Positions 63,573 to 64,000 of a stretch of DNA of 64,000 bases are shown here, piece by piece. This stretch comes from Lytechinus pictus (taxonomy: Eukaryota), in contig NC_087246.1 in assembly GCF_037042905.1 (NCBI RefSeq), forward strand, positions 2,048,001-2,112,000, given 5' to 3'. Positions within the stretch are counted from its first letter, which is position 1. Each line of letters starts with the position of its first letter. The notes beneath the pieces are model-generated. The model was not told the origin of the DNA. It did not search any database and worked only from the letters and a program-made list of their open reading frames with translations. Position numbers and translations under genes: made by a program.

Positions 63573-64000
63573 ATCTCTTTTGCAATCTCCATAGTCTTTC
63601 AGTATCCCAATGCCAGACATTTACTGATGTTGGCTCTGCATACGTCTGTCTGATTGGCTGAAGGCCTTATACTTTCTGGAATGCTAATCACCAAAATCAA
63701 TTCCAGGAGGTCACTTCTACAGTAATTTAATACAGTAACTGCAATTTAAGCGATTTGCCATGTGACAGTTAAATGTACTTAATGTCTGCTCTATTTGTGA
63801 AAACCACAGATACATGTATGTAAACTTGTAAAATATGAAGCCTTCTTTAGTTTTGCTAAACCCTAAAAATGCATGTTACTATTCCAATTCGTTACTATTG
63901 TAGATTATATGAATACGCGTGCCCCAAATGATGATGATGCTAAAGATATTGAAAAAGTGTTTTATTTGGTAAATTTACTGATTTTATATCGACATGGTAA

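Overview
This is AT-rich, intron-rich animal genomic DNA. The repeat types and gene style suggest a marine invertebrate, probably an echinoderm (inference). There are two spliced host genes. One is a WSCD1/2-like sulfotransferase (3 coding exons visible, + strand, 22368-32341). The other is an inversin (INVS) orthologue whose 19 coding exons I reconstructed with consistent GT-AG phases (- strand, 63075 to 42077, about 949 aa). The first 16 kb is an old L2-type LINE split by three later insertions, each with an intact target-site duplication (TSD): a BEL/Pao LTR element (363-7254), a Mag-like Ty3/Gypsy element (7447-12191) and a non-autonomous DNA transposon (13213-15365). The rest carries many MITEs, SINEs, (ATC)n microsatellites and a 110-bp two-variant tandem array. 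Main leads: (1) The BEL/Pao element has no tRNA primer-binding site (PBS). Its PBS is instead perfectly complementary to a 9-nt initiator-like sequence inside its own LTR, suggesting Tf1-style self-priming. It is also a young Gag-protease-only element that lost RT/RNase H and the integrase core by in-frame deletions. (2) A 7SL-RNA-headed SINE. (3) A Transib-like MITE with RSS-like ends. All coordinates and comparisons were made by eye.
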